This document shows positions 49,027 to 59,318 of a stretch of 64,000 nt of DNA, piece by piece. The notes under the pieces are model-generated. The model worked only from the letters and a program-made list of their open reading frames with translations. It did no database searches and was not told the origin of the DNA. The number at the start of each line of letters is the position of its first letter. Within the stretch, counting starts at the first letter, position 1. The position numbers and the translations under genes were made by a program. The stretch is taken from the NCBI GenBank assembly GCA_045118975.1, contig JBGVCT010000016.1, positions 96,569 through 160,568 on the forward strand, read 5' to 3'. This stretch comes from Bacilli bacterium (GTDB lineage: Bacteria; Bacillota_I; Bacilli_A; RFN20; DUOF01).

Positions 49027-49284
49027 ATGAGAAAAGAACCACTTAGAAAGTGTCTTGCTACTAATGAAAGATTAGCTAAGAAAGATTTGTTAAGAGTTGT
49101 TAAAAACAATGAAGGAAAGATTTTTGTTGATTTGACAGGGAAAGCAAATGGTAGAGGCGCATACATAAAGAAGTCAAACGAAGCACTAGAAATTGCAAAA
49201 AAGAAAAAGTGCTTTGAGAGAGTATTTGAATGTAGTATTGATGAAAGTATTTATGAGGAGTTAAATAAATACATCAATGAATAA
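49027..49284 (+). CDS. ylxR: YlxR/RnpM family RNA-binding protein
   Basis: PLRKCLAT, LLRVV, GKANGRGAY. Confidence 0.92.
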   Translation: MRKEPLRKCLATNERLAKKDLLRVVKNNEGKIFVDLTGKANGRGAYIKKSNEALEIAKKKKCFERVFECSIDESIYEELNKYINE

Positions 49285-49603
49285 AGGTCTAAATACTATA
49301 GGTATGTGCAAATGTGCTAATAAGATTAGTTATGGAGAGACATTGATAAAAGATATCCAAAAGCGTGTTGTTAGTTTAGTTGTTATATGTAGCGACACTA
49401 GCGATAACTCAAAAAAGAAAATTATAGATAAATGTAACTTTTATAAATGTGAATATATAATTGCTTATACTCAACTTGAAATATGCAAGGTAATTGCAAG
49501 AGTTGATCCTGTTAGTGCAATTGGTATTAAAGATAGTAATTTAGCGAAAAAATTAAAAGAAAATATAGAAAGAGAGGGCGATGTAGATGGCAAAGAACAA
49601 TAA
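49277..49603 (+). CDS. ylxQ: L7Ae-family YlxQ protein
   Basis: L7Ae pattern (IGMCKCA.K..YGE, KKKI.DKC.FY); operon position. Confidence 0.82.
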   Translation: MNKGLNTIGMCKCANKISYGETLIKDIQKRVVSLVVICSDTSDNSKKKIIDKCNFYKCEYIIAYTQLEICKVIARVDPVSAIGIKDSNLAKKLKENIEREGDVDGKEQ

Positions 49604-51425
49604 AGGAAATAATAATTTTACAAAAAGAACTTCTAATATTGTTAAACAAACAAATAAACCCGTGGTAGATAAAGAGAATCACGTGATTATTTTTAGGGGA
49701 AGTAAGAGTATTTCTGATCTTGCTAAGGAATTATCAGTTAGCCCAACTGAAGTTATAAAGTTTTTATTTTTAGAAGGTAAGATGGTTAATATAAACTCTG
49801 TTTTAGATGCACCTATGGCAGAGCTTGTGTGTATGAACTTTGGATATGATATGAAAATTGAAAAAGTTGTTAGTGAAGAAAACTTTGAAGAGTTAGAAAT
49901 AGTAGATGAAGAAAAAGATTTAGTTTCTAGACCTCCAATAGTTACTATTATGGGACACGTTGACCATGGTAAGACTACACTTCTTGATGCTATTAGAAAA
50001 AGTAGAGTAGTAGAGGGAGAAGTTGGTGGTATTACTCAAAGTATTGGTGCTTATCAAGTTGAAGTACAAGGAAAGAAAATTACTTTCCTAGATACTCCAG
50101 GACATGAAGCTTTTGCTGCTATGAGAGCTAGAGGAGCACAAGTTACTGATATTGTTATATTAGTTGTTGCTGCAGATGATGGTGTTATGCCTCAAACTAG
50201 AGAAGCTATTGACCATGCTAAAGCTGCAGGAGTTCCAATTGTGGTTGCAGTCAATAAAATGGATAAGCCTGATATTAATCTTGATAGATTATATGCTGAA
50301 TTAAGTGATTGTGAAATTATTAGTGAAGAATGGGGAGGAGAAAATATCTTCTGTAAAGTTAGTGCTAAGATTGGACAAGGTATTGATGAACTTCTTGAAT
50401 CACTATTAATTATTGCAGAACTTGAAGATTATAAGGCTAATCCTAATAGATATGCTCTAGGTACTATTATCGAGTCTAAACTTGAAAAGGGTAGAGGAGT
50501 AGTTGCTACTTTACTTGTAGAAAATGGTACTTTAAGACATGGGGATTGCGTTGTTGCTGGTACTATGTATGGTAAGATTAGACAGATGAGAAGCGATATG
50601 GGTAAGGTTGTAAAAGAGGCTACACCTAGTACACCAGTTGAAATTATTGGTTTAAGTGATGTACCTAGTGCTGGAGACAAGTTTATGGCTTTTGAAGATG
50701 AGAAAAAGGCAAGAGATATAGCAAATAAGAGATTAACTGAAAAGACATTAAATGATAGAAGAGGAAATACTAGTGTATCTTTAGATGATTTATATAATCA
50801 AATAAAGATGGGTGATGTACAAACTCTTAATATCATTATTAAAGCAGATAGTGATGGTAGTGCAGAGGCAGTTAAGGCTTCACTTATGAAGTTAAATAAT
50901 GATGAAGTTAAAATTAATGTTATAAGAGCACAAGCTGGTGCTATTACTGAAAGTGATGTATTACTTGCTAGTGCATCTAAAGCTATTGTGTATGGTTTTA
51001 ATGTTAGACCTGATGCAACAGTTAGACAAAAGGCTGAAGAAGAAAAAGTAGAACTTAGATTACATAGAATTATCTATGCTTTAGTTGAAGAAATTGAAGC
51101 TGCGATGAAGGGTATGTTAAAACCTGTATATAAAGAAGTTGTTATTGGAAATGCTGAAGTTAGACAAACTTATAAAGCTAGTAAAGTTGGAACTATTGCT
51201 GGTTGTTATGTAACTAATGGTTCTATTAAAAGAGATTGTGGTATTAGATTACTTAGAAATAGTGTTATCGTATATGAAGGTAAACTAGGATCATTAAAGA
51301 GATTCCAAAATGATGCAAAAGAAGTATCTACTGGATATGAATGTGGTATCACTATTGAAAACTTCAATGATATCAAAGAAGGAGATACAATTGAAGGATT
51401 TGTAATGGAAGAGGTAAAAAGATAA
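49587..51425 (+). CDS. infB: Translation initiation factor IF-2 (short form)
   Basis: [33 protein letters not shown]. Confidence 0.97.
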   Translation: MAKNNKGNNNFTKRTSNIVKQTNKPVVDKENHVIIFRGSKSISDLAKELSVSPTEVIKFLFLEGKMVNINSVLDAPMAELVCMNFGYDMKIEKVVSEENFEELEIVDEEKDLVSRPPIVTIMGHVDHGKTTLLDAIRKSRVVEGEVGGITQSIGAYQVEVQGKKITFLDTPGHEAFAAMRARGAQVTDIVILVVAADDGVMPQTREAIDHAKAAGVPIVVAVNKMDKPDINLDRLYAELSDCEIISEEWGGENIFCKVSAKIGQGIDELLESLLIIAELEDYKANPNRYALGTIIESKLEKGRGVVATLLVENGTLRHGDCVVAGTMYGKIRQMRSDMGKVVKEATPSTPVEIIGLSDVPSAGDKFMAFEDEKKARDIANKRLTEKTLNDRRGNTSVSLDDLYNQIKMGDVQTLNIIIKADSDGSAEAVKASLMKLNNDEVKINVIRAQAGAITESDVLLASASKAIVYGFNVRPDATVRQKAEEEKVELRLHRIIYALVEEIEAAMKGMLKPVYKEVVIGNAEVRQTYKASKVGTIAGCYVTNGSIKRDCGIRLLRNSVIVYEGKLGSLKRFQNDAKEVSTGYECGITIENFNDIKEGDTIEGFVMEEVKR

Positions 51426-51778
51426 TGGCTAAGATTAAACAAGAAAAATTAGCAGTTGATATTCAAAGATATATAAGCGAGATAATTCAATTTGAATTAG
51501 GACATATCAATGTTGGTATGGTTACTGTTACTAAAGTTAAGGTTAGTGATGATAATTCATGGGCTAAAGTATATGTTAGTTTCTTAGATAAAAATAGAGA
51601 AAAGAAGCTAGAAGACTTAAAAAATGCTAAATGGCTTATAAGAAGTGAATTAGCTAAAAGATTAACTATTAGAAAAACTCCTGATTTAAACTTTGTTTTA
51701 GATGATAGTTATCAAAAAGGCGAACATATCGAAGAAATCATAAGAGAAATTAAAAAGAAAGAAAGTTCAAAGGAATAA
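51425..51778 (+). CDS. rbfA: Ribosome-binding factor A
   Basis: AKVYVS, LTIRKTPDL.F..D.S. Confidence 0.93.
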   Translation: MAKIKQEKLAVDIQRYISEIIQFELGHINVGMVTVTKVKVSDDNSWAKVYVSFLDKNREKKLEDLKNAKWLIRSELAKRLTIRKTPDLNFVLDDSYQKGEHIEEIIREIKKKESSKE

Positions 51779-51817
51779 CTTTGAACTTTTTTTTATGTTA
51801 ATAACCTAATACAAAAT

Positions 51818-51846
51818 TTGACTTAGAGTAATTTAAATTATAAAAT
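51818..51846 (+). promoter_or_regulatory. sigma-A promoter
   Basis: TTGACT-17 bp-TAAAAT. Confidence 0.65.
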
Positions 51847-51869
51847 TTAGACATAGGGAGTTGGTTATT

Positions 51870-52520
51870 ATGTCATGGATGTATAGTGATGAAGAGTACT
51901 ATAAGCAATTAAAATATCAAGAAAGAGAAATTAAAAAGAGTATTAAGTATTGGGAAAAGGTTGAAAGAAATTTATTGAAAAAACTTTGGTCTCCTGTTTG
52001 GGAAAAACAAGGGCAAGCATTTATTGAGCCAAAAAAACACACTGCATGGAGAAGAGCTATAAAATGGGATTCTCTTACTAGAAATCTTTATGGTACTTAT
52101 ATTCAAGATACTTTAAATGTTATGAGAGCAATTGAACTTGGCGGTAATGAAGCAGGAATTAAAGCTATGTCTAATGTTGATTTTGGAAGCAATAGAGTAT
52201 TAGAATTAGTAGAAAAATTTCATCGTCAAGGGAAGAGCTTTGCTAATGCATATGTAGATAGTAGACCAGACTTAGTAGATAAGTATCCTGAGCTTAAAAA
52301 GTATGTTGGTGGTATAGATAATCCACTTACTGTAGAAGAAATTAATAGAGGTAATGAGGCTTTAAAAGAAGCTATAGCATATACAATAGAAGCAACAGAG
52401 CATATACATTTACATGAGGCTGATAGAAGTATAGCAAATACTGCAATTAAAGAGATGCAAGCAATTGCTCAAGCAAGAGGTTTAGAATTCGCGACTTCAA
52501 AAAGACCACAAATGAAGTGA
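51870..52520 (+). CDS. Hypothetical protein, paralog of 19834..20460
   Basis: Shared G.AF(I/V)...W, YG..I...L.VMR.IEL.G and P..V..YP motifs. Confidence 0.8.
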   Translation: MSWMYSDEEYYKQLKYQEREIKKSIKYWEKVERNLLKKLWSPVWEKQGQAFIEPKKHTAWRRAIKWDSLTRNLYGTYIQDTLNVMRAIELGGNEAGIKAMSNVDFGSNRVLELVEKFHRQGKSFANAYVDSRPDLVDKYPELKKYVGGIDNPLTVEEINRGNEALKEAIAYTIEATEHIHLHEADRSIANTAIKEMQAIAQARGLEFATSKRPQMK

Positions 52521-52620
52521 TTAATTTTTAATCACTTTTTTATTTTGTTTCTATACCAAATAATCATTGAAAAGAAGTTATTGCTAGTTTATAATTTAAA
52601 TAGGTATAGGGGTGGTAAAG

Positions 52621-53544
52621 ATGAGGGATATATTGAACCAAATAGCTTTGTCACCATTTAGTGAAAAACAAATAGAAGAACTTCAATTAACAGGGACAAT
52701 TTATACTAAATTAAATAATATGGGAAATAAAAAGAGGAATAAATCCATCATTGGAGATGTTTTTGATTTGATTATAGAACATTTTTATATTGGAGATCTA
52801 AAGCTTAAATTTGGAGAAAATTTAGGATTTAATGATGATGCTGTTTACATTGAAAATTTAAATGGCAGTTATGAAGAAACTTTTATAGATATATTAAAGA
52901 AGGTTATTATTGCCTATTTTAAAAGAATTGATGATGTGTATATGTCAATCGAAGAGAGTGTATATAAACTTATTAAACTTAGTATTTTAAATAATGATGA
53001 AGAAATGCTAGATAAATTAGTTAATAACGTAGCATATGAGTTAATTGATGATATGGGATTAAATATAGAAGTTAATCATTCTAGAATTCTGAAGAAAGAC
53101 ATAGCTAATCTTATAGTTATTAATAATCAAAGAAATAAGAAATTAATTGAAACATGTTGTTATTATTTAGATGAGGATTTAACTTCATATCAAATAAGAA
53201 ATGTATTTTCTTGTTTCTCTAGTGATGTATTTAATAAGGCTAATGTTAAGCAAAAGGCTTATTTGATGAATTTGGTTTATAATTATTTTAATTTTTCTAG
53301 TGAAAATAGAGTGAATAAATACAAGAAGGTTATTACAAATGAATTTGATAATGTCGATGCATTAGAGTATATTGTGAATGATCTATCATTAAAGGATAAT
53401 ACTAATAATATAAATGCTATTAGAAATCTAAAATTACTTGAAGATTTCAAGAGTGGGTTTAAATATATTATTAAAAATGAGACTAATAAAGCAGCAGTAT
53501 CTAGGCTTGATGAAGTTTCAATAAAAAATATTAATAAGAAATAA
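52621..53544 (+). CDS. Hypothetical protein
   Basis: ~307 aa; own promoter TTGAAA-17 bp-TATAAT (52567-52595) and terminator. Confidence 0.72.
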   Translation: MRDILNQIALSPFSEKQIEELQLTGTIYTKLNNMGNKKRNKSIIGDVFDLIIEHFYIGDLKLKFGENLGFNDDAVYIENLNGSYEETFIDILKKVIIAYFKRIDDVYMSIEESVYKLIKLSILNNDEEMLDKLVNNVAYELIDDMGLNIEVNHSRILKKDIANLIVINNQRNKKLIETCCYYLDEDLTSYQIRNVFSCFSSDVFNKANVKQKAYLMNLVYNYFNFSSENRVNKYKKVITNEFDNVDALEYIVNDLSLKDNTNNINAIRNLKLLEDFKSGFKYIIKNETNKAAVSRLDEVSIKNINKK

Positions 53545-53588
53545 GGGAAGCCTTATTTTTTATTTTATAATATAGGCAGGTGATTTTG

Positions 53589-54857
53589 ATGAATAAAGAA
53601 GAAATAAGTTTAGTTATAGATTCATATAAAAAAGAAATGTTGGATAGTCTTTCTGAGTTTGTTAGTATTAACTCTATATATGATGAGTCTAGTAAAAGTG
53701 CTAAAGATCCTTTTGGAAAGGGAGTTTCTAAGGCCTTAGATTATTTTTATAATTTAGCTAAAAAGGATGGTTTTGAAGTTATAAATTATGATAATTATTG
53801 TGTTGAAGTTAGCTATGGAAAAGGAGAAATATTAGATATACTTGCACATTGTGATGTTGTGGATGTATCTTCGCGTTGGGAGTTTGATCCTTTTTCAAAT
53901 TATTATGATGATAGATATGTCTATGGGAGAGGGACTCAAGATGATAAGGGTCCATTACTTGCTGCTTATTATGCTTTGAAGGCTATAAAAGATAATAATA
54001 TTGAATGTAATAAAAAGATTAGATTCATTGTGGGTGGTAATGAAGAAAGTGGAAGCGAATGTTTGGAATATTACTATAGACATTTAAATAAGGAGTATCC
54101 ATCTTTAGGGTTTACTCCAGATGCATCATTCCCTCTTATTAATGGTGAAAAGGGTATTACAAGAGTTAAAGTTACATCTAGTATAAATAGTGATTTTTCT
54201 TACATTAGTGGTGGGAAAGCACTAAATATTGTAATGGATGAACTTAAAGTTGTAGTAAACAAGGAAGAAAAAATATACTTAGGGAAAGGTGCTCATGCTA
54301 GTACTCCTAATAAAGGAGAGAGTGCTTTTATTAAGTTTTTAGAGGAATATAAAGATAAATATGAAGATATAGCTAGATTATATAATGATTTTTCTTCCTA
54401 TTTAGGTGAGGGATTAGGAATAAATTCATATGATGAAAAGCTTAAAGAACTTACAATGAATATTGGAAAAGTTGAGTTAGTTAATGGTAATTTAGAGATT
54501 ACGCTAGATATTAGATACCCAGTTAGTACTAATTCAAAAATAATTAAGGAACAAATTGAAAAAAGAGGATATGATTGTGAAGTTTTAATGGATGAGGATC
54601 CTATTTATATGAGTGAGGATTCTATATTAGTTAAATCATTATTAGAGAGTTATGATTATTTTATGGATACTAAAAGCAAAGCCTTTACAATTGGGGGAGG
54701 AACATATGCTAAAAGTAGTAAAAATGTAGTGGCATTTGGTATGTTATTTGAAGATGATTTGGATTTAATGCATCAAGATAATGAAAAGATTAGAATTGAT
54801 CATTATTTACTTGGAAGTAAGATATATTTGAAAGCACTATTAGAGTTAATAAAATAA
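53589..54857 (+). CDS. pepV: M20 family dipeptidase (PepV/Sapep-like)
   Basis: LAHCDVV, GRGTQDDKGP, GGNEESG, GFTPDA, GKGAHAS, GGGTYA, MHQDNE. Confidence 0.88.
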   Translation: MNKEEISLVIDSYKKEMLDSLSEFVSINSIYDESSKSAKDPFGKGVSKALDYFYNLAKKDGFEVINYDNYCVEVSYGKGEILDILAHCDVVDVSSRWEFDPFSNYYDDRYVYGRGTQDDKGPLLAAYYALKAIKDNNIECNKKIRFIVGGNEESGSECLEYYYRHLNKEYPSLGFTPDASFPLINGEKGITRVKVTSSINSDFSYISGGKALNIVMDELKVVVNKEEKIYLGKGAHASTPNKGESAFIKFLEEYKDKYEDIARLYNDFSSYLGEGLGINSYDEKLKELTMNIGKVELVNGNLEITLDIRYPVSTNSKIIKEQIEKRGYDCEVLMDEDPIYMSEDSILVKSLLESYDYFMDTKSKAFTIGGGTYAKSSKNVVAFGMLFEDDLDLMHQDNEKIRIDHYLLGSKIYLKALLELIK

Positions 54858-54895
54858 TTTTAACTCTTTTTTCATATAATGACTTGGGTGATTAT

Positions 54896-55912
54896 ATGGA
54901 TAAATATTTATCAATAAGTAAAAGCAATTTGGAGTATAATATTGATTATTATATTCAAAACACTGGTAAGGATATTATTGCGGTTGTTAAAAATAATGCT
55001 TATGGACATGGGGTTAAGGAAATAGCCAAGATAATAAATAATAAGGTTAAGATGTATGCAGTAAGTAATATAAAGGAAGCTAAAAAGTTAAGGAAATATA
55101 CCGATAAAGATATCTTGATACTTGATAGAGTAAATGATTATAAAAGAGTAGATAACTCAATGATAATCACTATTATCTCTATGAAGCATTTAAAAGAATT
55201 AATAAAGGAAAATATTGAATTAAGAGTGCATCTTAAAATTAATATTTCAATGAAAAGAAAAGGAATATTAGTAAATGAGGTTAAAGAAGCAATATCACTA
55301 ATTAATAATAGTAATTTAAAATTAGAGGGAATATATACTCATTACTCAAGTTATAAGGTAGGGGTAGTAAAAAGGGAGTTTAAAAAATTTAGGGAAGCCT
55401 TGAAGGGGATAGATGTTTCTACATTAATGTTACATGCTTCAAGTAGTATTTCTTCGCTTAATTTTAAGGAGAATTTTACTAATTCTATTAGGGTGGGAAT
55501 AGGTATGTATGGACTAAAGAAGTTAGATGAGTGTATGAATGAATTGAAAGTTACTACAAGTTTATATTGCTATAGTAAAAGTATTTATAAAATTAAATGT
55601 TTTGATAGATTCTCATATCATAATTTATACATTGGTAAAAAAGGGTATGTAGTTATGTCTGATATTGGTTATGGTGATGGTTTGTTTTCTAATAAGTTTA
55701 TAGGTTATCATAATCATTCTTTTATAAAAGAAATAGGGAATAGAAATATGGATAATATGTATTTTTATTCAAAAGACTATATTTTTGATAATACAAAAAT
55801 AGAAATATTTGGAAATAATATCTCTCTTGATAAATATTGTAAAAGACATAATATTCCTGTATGTAAGGCATTAGCCTTATTAAATAGTGAAATTAGTAAA
55901 AAAATAGAGTAA
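54896..55912 (+). CDS. alr: Alanine racemase
   Basis: AVVKNNAYGHG (PLP lysine), GIYTHY, RVGIGMYG, IGYGDG. Confidence 0.88.
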   Translation: MDKYLSISKSNLEYNIDYYIQNTGKDIIAVVKNNAYGHGVKEIAKIINNKVKMYAVSNIKEAKKLRKYTDKDILILDRVNDYKRVDNSMIITIISMKHLKELIKENIELRVHLKINISMKRKGILVNEVKEAISLINNSNLKLEGIYTHYSSYKVGVVKREFKKFREALKGIDVSTLMLHASSSISSLNFKENFTNSIRVGIGMYGLKKLDECMNELKVTTSLYCYSKSIYKIKCFDRFSYHNLYIGKKGYVVMSDIGYGDGLFSNKFIGYHNHSFIKEIGNRNMDNMYFYSKDYIFDNTKIEIFGNNISLDKYCKRHNIPVCKALALLNSEISKKIE

Positions 55913-55977
55913 TAAGTGATAAAAAATATTTTGTTAGATAGGTAAGTTTGCTATTATAATATTAATGAGGTGATATT

Positions 55978-56367
55978 ATGCCAATAGAGGCTATTTTAAT
56001 TGGTGGAATAGTTCTTGTTGCAGTAATTATTCTAGTTATAATTATTGTTGGAGGAATTAAGTCTGCTAGAAAAGGAAATAAAGAGTTAAATGATAACTAT
56101 GGTGTAGCTAAAGAAGAAACTCAAGTAGCAGAGGCTAAAGAAGAAGTTAAGCCTATGAAAGTTGTTTTAGCTCCAGGTGATAGCATTACAGTAGGTAGTG
56201 AAGGTAGAATCGCTTGTGGTGAGTATACTTTAGAGAGTGCTGATGGTAGCGAAACTTTCAATGTTAGAATTGGTAGATATGTAAAAGAATATACTAATGG
56301 ATCTACAGTTATTTTAACTGAAAAACAAAAAGTTACTTCAGTTAGTCATACTATAATAATTAAATAA
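55978..56367 (+). CDS. Single-TM hypothetical protein
   Basis: N-terminal TM plus beta-rich domain; directly precedes the SPFH gene. Confidence 0.72.
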   Translation: MPIEAILIGGIVLVAVIILVIIIVGGIKSARKGNKELNDNYGVAKEETQVAEAKEEVKPMKVVLAPGDSITVGSEGRIACGEYTLESADGSETFNVRIGRYVKEYTNGSTVILTEKQKVTSVSHTIIIK

Positions 56368-56381
56368 TTTAGGAGGATATT

Positions 56382-57470
56382 ATGGGATTTATTAAAACAA
56401 ACTTATTAAAAACAATTGAATGGTTAGATAATACTTCAAATACTATCGTTTATAGATTTCCTATGGATGGTAGACAAATTATGTATGGTTCTAAATTAAC
56501 AGTTAGAGAATCACAAATCGCTATTTTTGTAAATAAAGGTCAAATTGCTGATATATTTGAGCCAGGTATGTATAAGCTAGAAACTTCTAACTTACCTATT
56601 TTAACTCAATTATTCTCTTGGCCTTATGGATTCAAATCTCCATTTATGGCTGAAGTTTATTTCATTAATACTAAGCAATTTACAAATTTAAAATGGGGAA
56701 CTAGCAATCCAATTGCTATGAGAGATAAAGAATTTGGTACTATCCGTATTAGAGGATTTGGTACTTATGCATTTAAAGTAGATAATCCAAAAGTATTCTT
56801 AAATGAATTATTTGGAACTAACTCAACATTTAGAACTGAAGATGTAGCGCAATATTTAAAGAGTATGTTAGTACAAAGCTTCTCTGATTCAATTGCAGAA
56901 AGTAAAGTTGGTGCTTTAGATATGGCATGTAACTTAGTTGAATTTAGTGAAACAACTAAAGAAATTATTGAAGAGAAATTTACTGGTCTAGGATTAAAGC
57001 TTACTAACTTTGTAATTGAAAATATTTCATTCCCAGAGCAAGTTGAAAAAGCTATTGACACAAGATCATCTATGGGTGTTTTAGGAGATACAATGGATAC
57101 TTATGTTAAGTATACTACTGCTACTGCAATTGCAGATGCTGCTAAAAATCAAGGTGAAACTGGTGGAATGGCTGGTGCTGGAGTTGGATTAGGTGCTGGA
57201 GTAGCTATGGCTAGTGTTATGAAAGATGCTTTATCTTCAGATAATAAGTCTGCTGGAGCAGCTCCTGTAGTAGCTCCTGTTGCAGCTGAGACTCCTAAAA
57301 AGAAAGTTAAATATTGTGGTGAATGTGGAGCAGAAATCGCTGCTTCTGCTAAGTTCTGTGATTCTTGTGGAGCTAAGCAAAAAGCTGCTGAAAAAGTATG
57401 TCCTACATGTGGGGCAAAACTAAAGGCAACTGCTAAGTTCTGTCCAGAATGTGGAAGCCAAGTTCAATAA
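56382..57470 (+). CDS. SPFH domain protein (YdjI-like) with double zinc ribbon
   Basis: LTVRESQ.A.F, PGMY.L.T.N.P, KWGT.NP, R.FG.Y; C-terminal CGECG/CDSCG/CPTCG/CPECG. Confidence 0.85.
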   Translation: MGFIKTNLLKTIEWLDNTSNTIVYRFPMDGRQIMYGSKLTVRESQIAIFVNKGQIADIFEPGMYKLETSNLPILTQLFSWPYGFKSPFMAEVYFINTKQFTNLKWGTSNPIAMRDKEFGTIRIRGFGTYAFKVDNPKVFLNELFGTNSTFRTEDVAQYLKSMLVQSFSDSIAESKVGALDMACNLVEFSETTKEIIEEKFTGLGLKLTNFVIENISFPEQVEKAIDTRSSMGVLGDTMDTYVKYTTATAIADAAKNQGETGGMAGAGVGLGAGVAMASVMKDALSSDNKSAGAAPVVAPVAAETPKKKVKYCGECGAEIAASAKFCDSCGAKQKAAEKVCPTCGAKLKATAKFCPECGSQVQ

Positions 57471-57480
57471 TTAATAAAAA

Positions 57481-57511
57481 CAAAAGAGAGTTTGATAACT
57501 CTCTTTTTTTA
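57481..57511. terminator. Bidirectional intrinsic terminator
   Basis: AAAAGAGAGTT/AACTCTCTTTT palindrome between convergent genes. Confidence 0.8.
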
Positions 57512-58306
57512 TTTTCTAATTAAATTAAATTCATATATTTTGTATATTGATTCAGATATTTTACCACAATATAATCTATTAAATATAAACTTAGTTAATC
57601 CCTTCAATTCATTATCTTTTTTTCTTATAGGATAAGTATGAACGTGTGATAAATTCTCATTTAATAGAGCGAATTCAGTTTCATTATTTATGCCATATTG
57701 AATTTTAGCTCCAACTTGATTTACAGGATTTTTAATTTTAGAGGCTTTAACGCCTTTTTTTGTATATGCATCAAATAATAAATGACAATTATTAAACTTG
57801 TTGTTTAACTCATTTAATAAGTTTTGAATTTCATCTTTTGATAAATACATTGTTAGTCCTTCCATAATTATTAAGATATTTTCACTAACTTCAATGTTAT
57901 TAATCCAATTCAAATCGCTTATTGAACTTCCTATCATCAGATAGTTATTTGATTCTTTATAAAAGTTTTTTCTTATATCAATTACATTTTCAAAATCAAT
58001 ATCATACCACTTAAAATATGTCTCTTTAACTCTTAAGCATCTAGAATCTAAACCACATCCCAAATGAATTACAGTAGTATTATCGTTACATGAGAGATAT
58101 TTGTTTGTTAATTCATCAATTAAAGATGCTCTTAAACTTAAAAACATCGATAGCCATTTAGATTGCTTCAATGATTTAAAATCAAAATCCACTTTAGATA
58201 TTACTTCTTCAGCTTTTTTGTCATTTAAAAGTATACCTTGTTTACTCATTTCAGCCTTTGCTAATAATGGTATAAATAGTGTTTTACTTTCATTTGTAAG
58301 ATTCAT
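57509..58306 (-). CDS. Class I SAM-dependent methyltransferase (LCM/polyketide O-MT type)
   Basis: TLFIPL.AKA, VIHLGCGLDSR, WYDIDF, MEGLTMYL. Confidence 0.88.
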   Translation of the reverse strand: MNLTNESKTLFIPLLAKAEMSKQGILLNDKKAEEVISKVDFDFKSLKQSKWLSMFLSLRASLIDELTNKYLSCNDNTTVIHLGCGLDSRCLRVKETYFKWYDIDFENVIDIRKNFYKESNNYLMIGSSISDLNWINNIEVSENILIIMEGLTMYLSKDEIQNLLNELNNKFNNCHLLFDAYTKKGVKASKIKNPVNQVGAKIQYGINNETEFALLNENLSHVHTYPIRKKDNELKGLTKFIFNRLYCGKISESIYKIYEFNLIRK

Positions 58307-58399
58307 CTTTTTTCACTTCCATTTAAAGTGATTTTATCACTAGGATACAATAAAAACAATGATAAGAAGTAAATAAAAAAGTTGAACTTAATGTTCAAC

Positions 58400-58735
58400 T
58401 TATTCTCTTATAATAATAGATTCAAAATATTGCTCTTGGAATTCTGTTAGGGCTCTAATTTGTTCGTCTGTATAATTTCTTCCATCTTTCATTACAACTA
58501 ATTTGTCATCATTGTCACTAGTTCTATGAATAATTGCAATAACTTTTCCTGTGAATTCATCTAGTGGTTTGTGTTCACCTAAAACATAGGCATCAAGTTC
58601 TTCTCCATCTCCAGAAACAGTTCCTGGTATATATCCATAGTTAACAGGATATATAAATCCATGATTTGGATGTTTGCATCCTAATGGCCTGTCCATTTTG
58701 ACAGTTACAATTTTATTTAAGTATTCCTTGCTCAT
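58400..58735 (-). CDS. Family I-like inorganic pyrophosphatase (short form)
   Basis: YPVNYGYIPGT.SGDGEELDAY and DDKLV motifs. Confidence 0.8.
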   Translation of the reverse strand: MSKEYLNKIVTVKMDRPLGCKHPNHGFIYPVNYGYIPGTVSGDGEELDAYVLGEHKPLDEFTGKVIAIIHRTSDNDDKLVVMKDGRNYTDEQIRALTEFQEQYFESIIIRE

Positions 58736-58825
58736 TTTATCACCCATTCCTTTTATACAACATCTATATTTCAAATTCAATATATTTATCTTTTATTAAA
58801 AGAAGTTGAATATGAATTCAACTTC

Positions 58826-59161
58826 TTATTTTGTCCTGATAAATACTGCTTCAAATGTTATATCGCCAGTATTTCTTTGTTCATGATATTCACCAAGTGG
58901 AAATACAAAGAAATCACCTTCATGAAATTCATATTCACCATCTTCATCTCTTACAATACCATTTCCTTTTAAAACATACATAAATTCATTACAATCATCA
59001 TGTTTATGCCATTCAAAAACACCACCAGCTTTAAGCCAACCATGAGTTATTCCTTGAATATTTTTTACTTCATCATTAGCAATGAATAGTTTTCTGCTTC
59101 CTGCTCCATCGTGAGCTGGTTCTAATTTAACATCATTCCATGCTTTCTTTATTACTCTCAT
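58826..59161 (-). CDS. Cupin domain protein
   Basis: WHKHDDCNE.MYVLKGNG; GEYHEQRN. Confidence 0.85.
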   Translation of the reverse strand: MRVIKKAWNDVKLEPAHDGAGSRKLFIANDEVKNIQGITHGWLKAGGVFEWHKHDDCNEFMYVLKGNGIVRDEDGEYEFHEGDFFVFPLGEYHEQRNTGDITFEAVFIRTK

Positions 59162-59318
59162 CTTAATCACCGTAAATAGTATATCATATAGTTATACAAG
59201 ATTAATAGCGTATTAAAAAAAGATTATTAATAATTTTATAAATATTTTGAACGTTATGGTAACAATAAAAAATATTTGTGCTAAAATGTGGTTTCAAGTA
59301 TATGGAGGGTTGCTTTAT

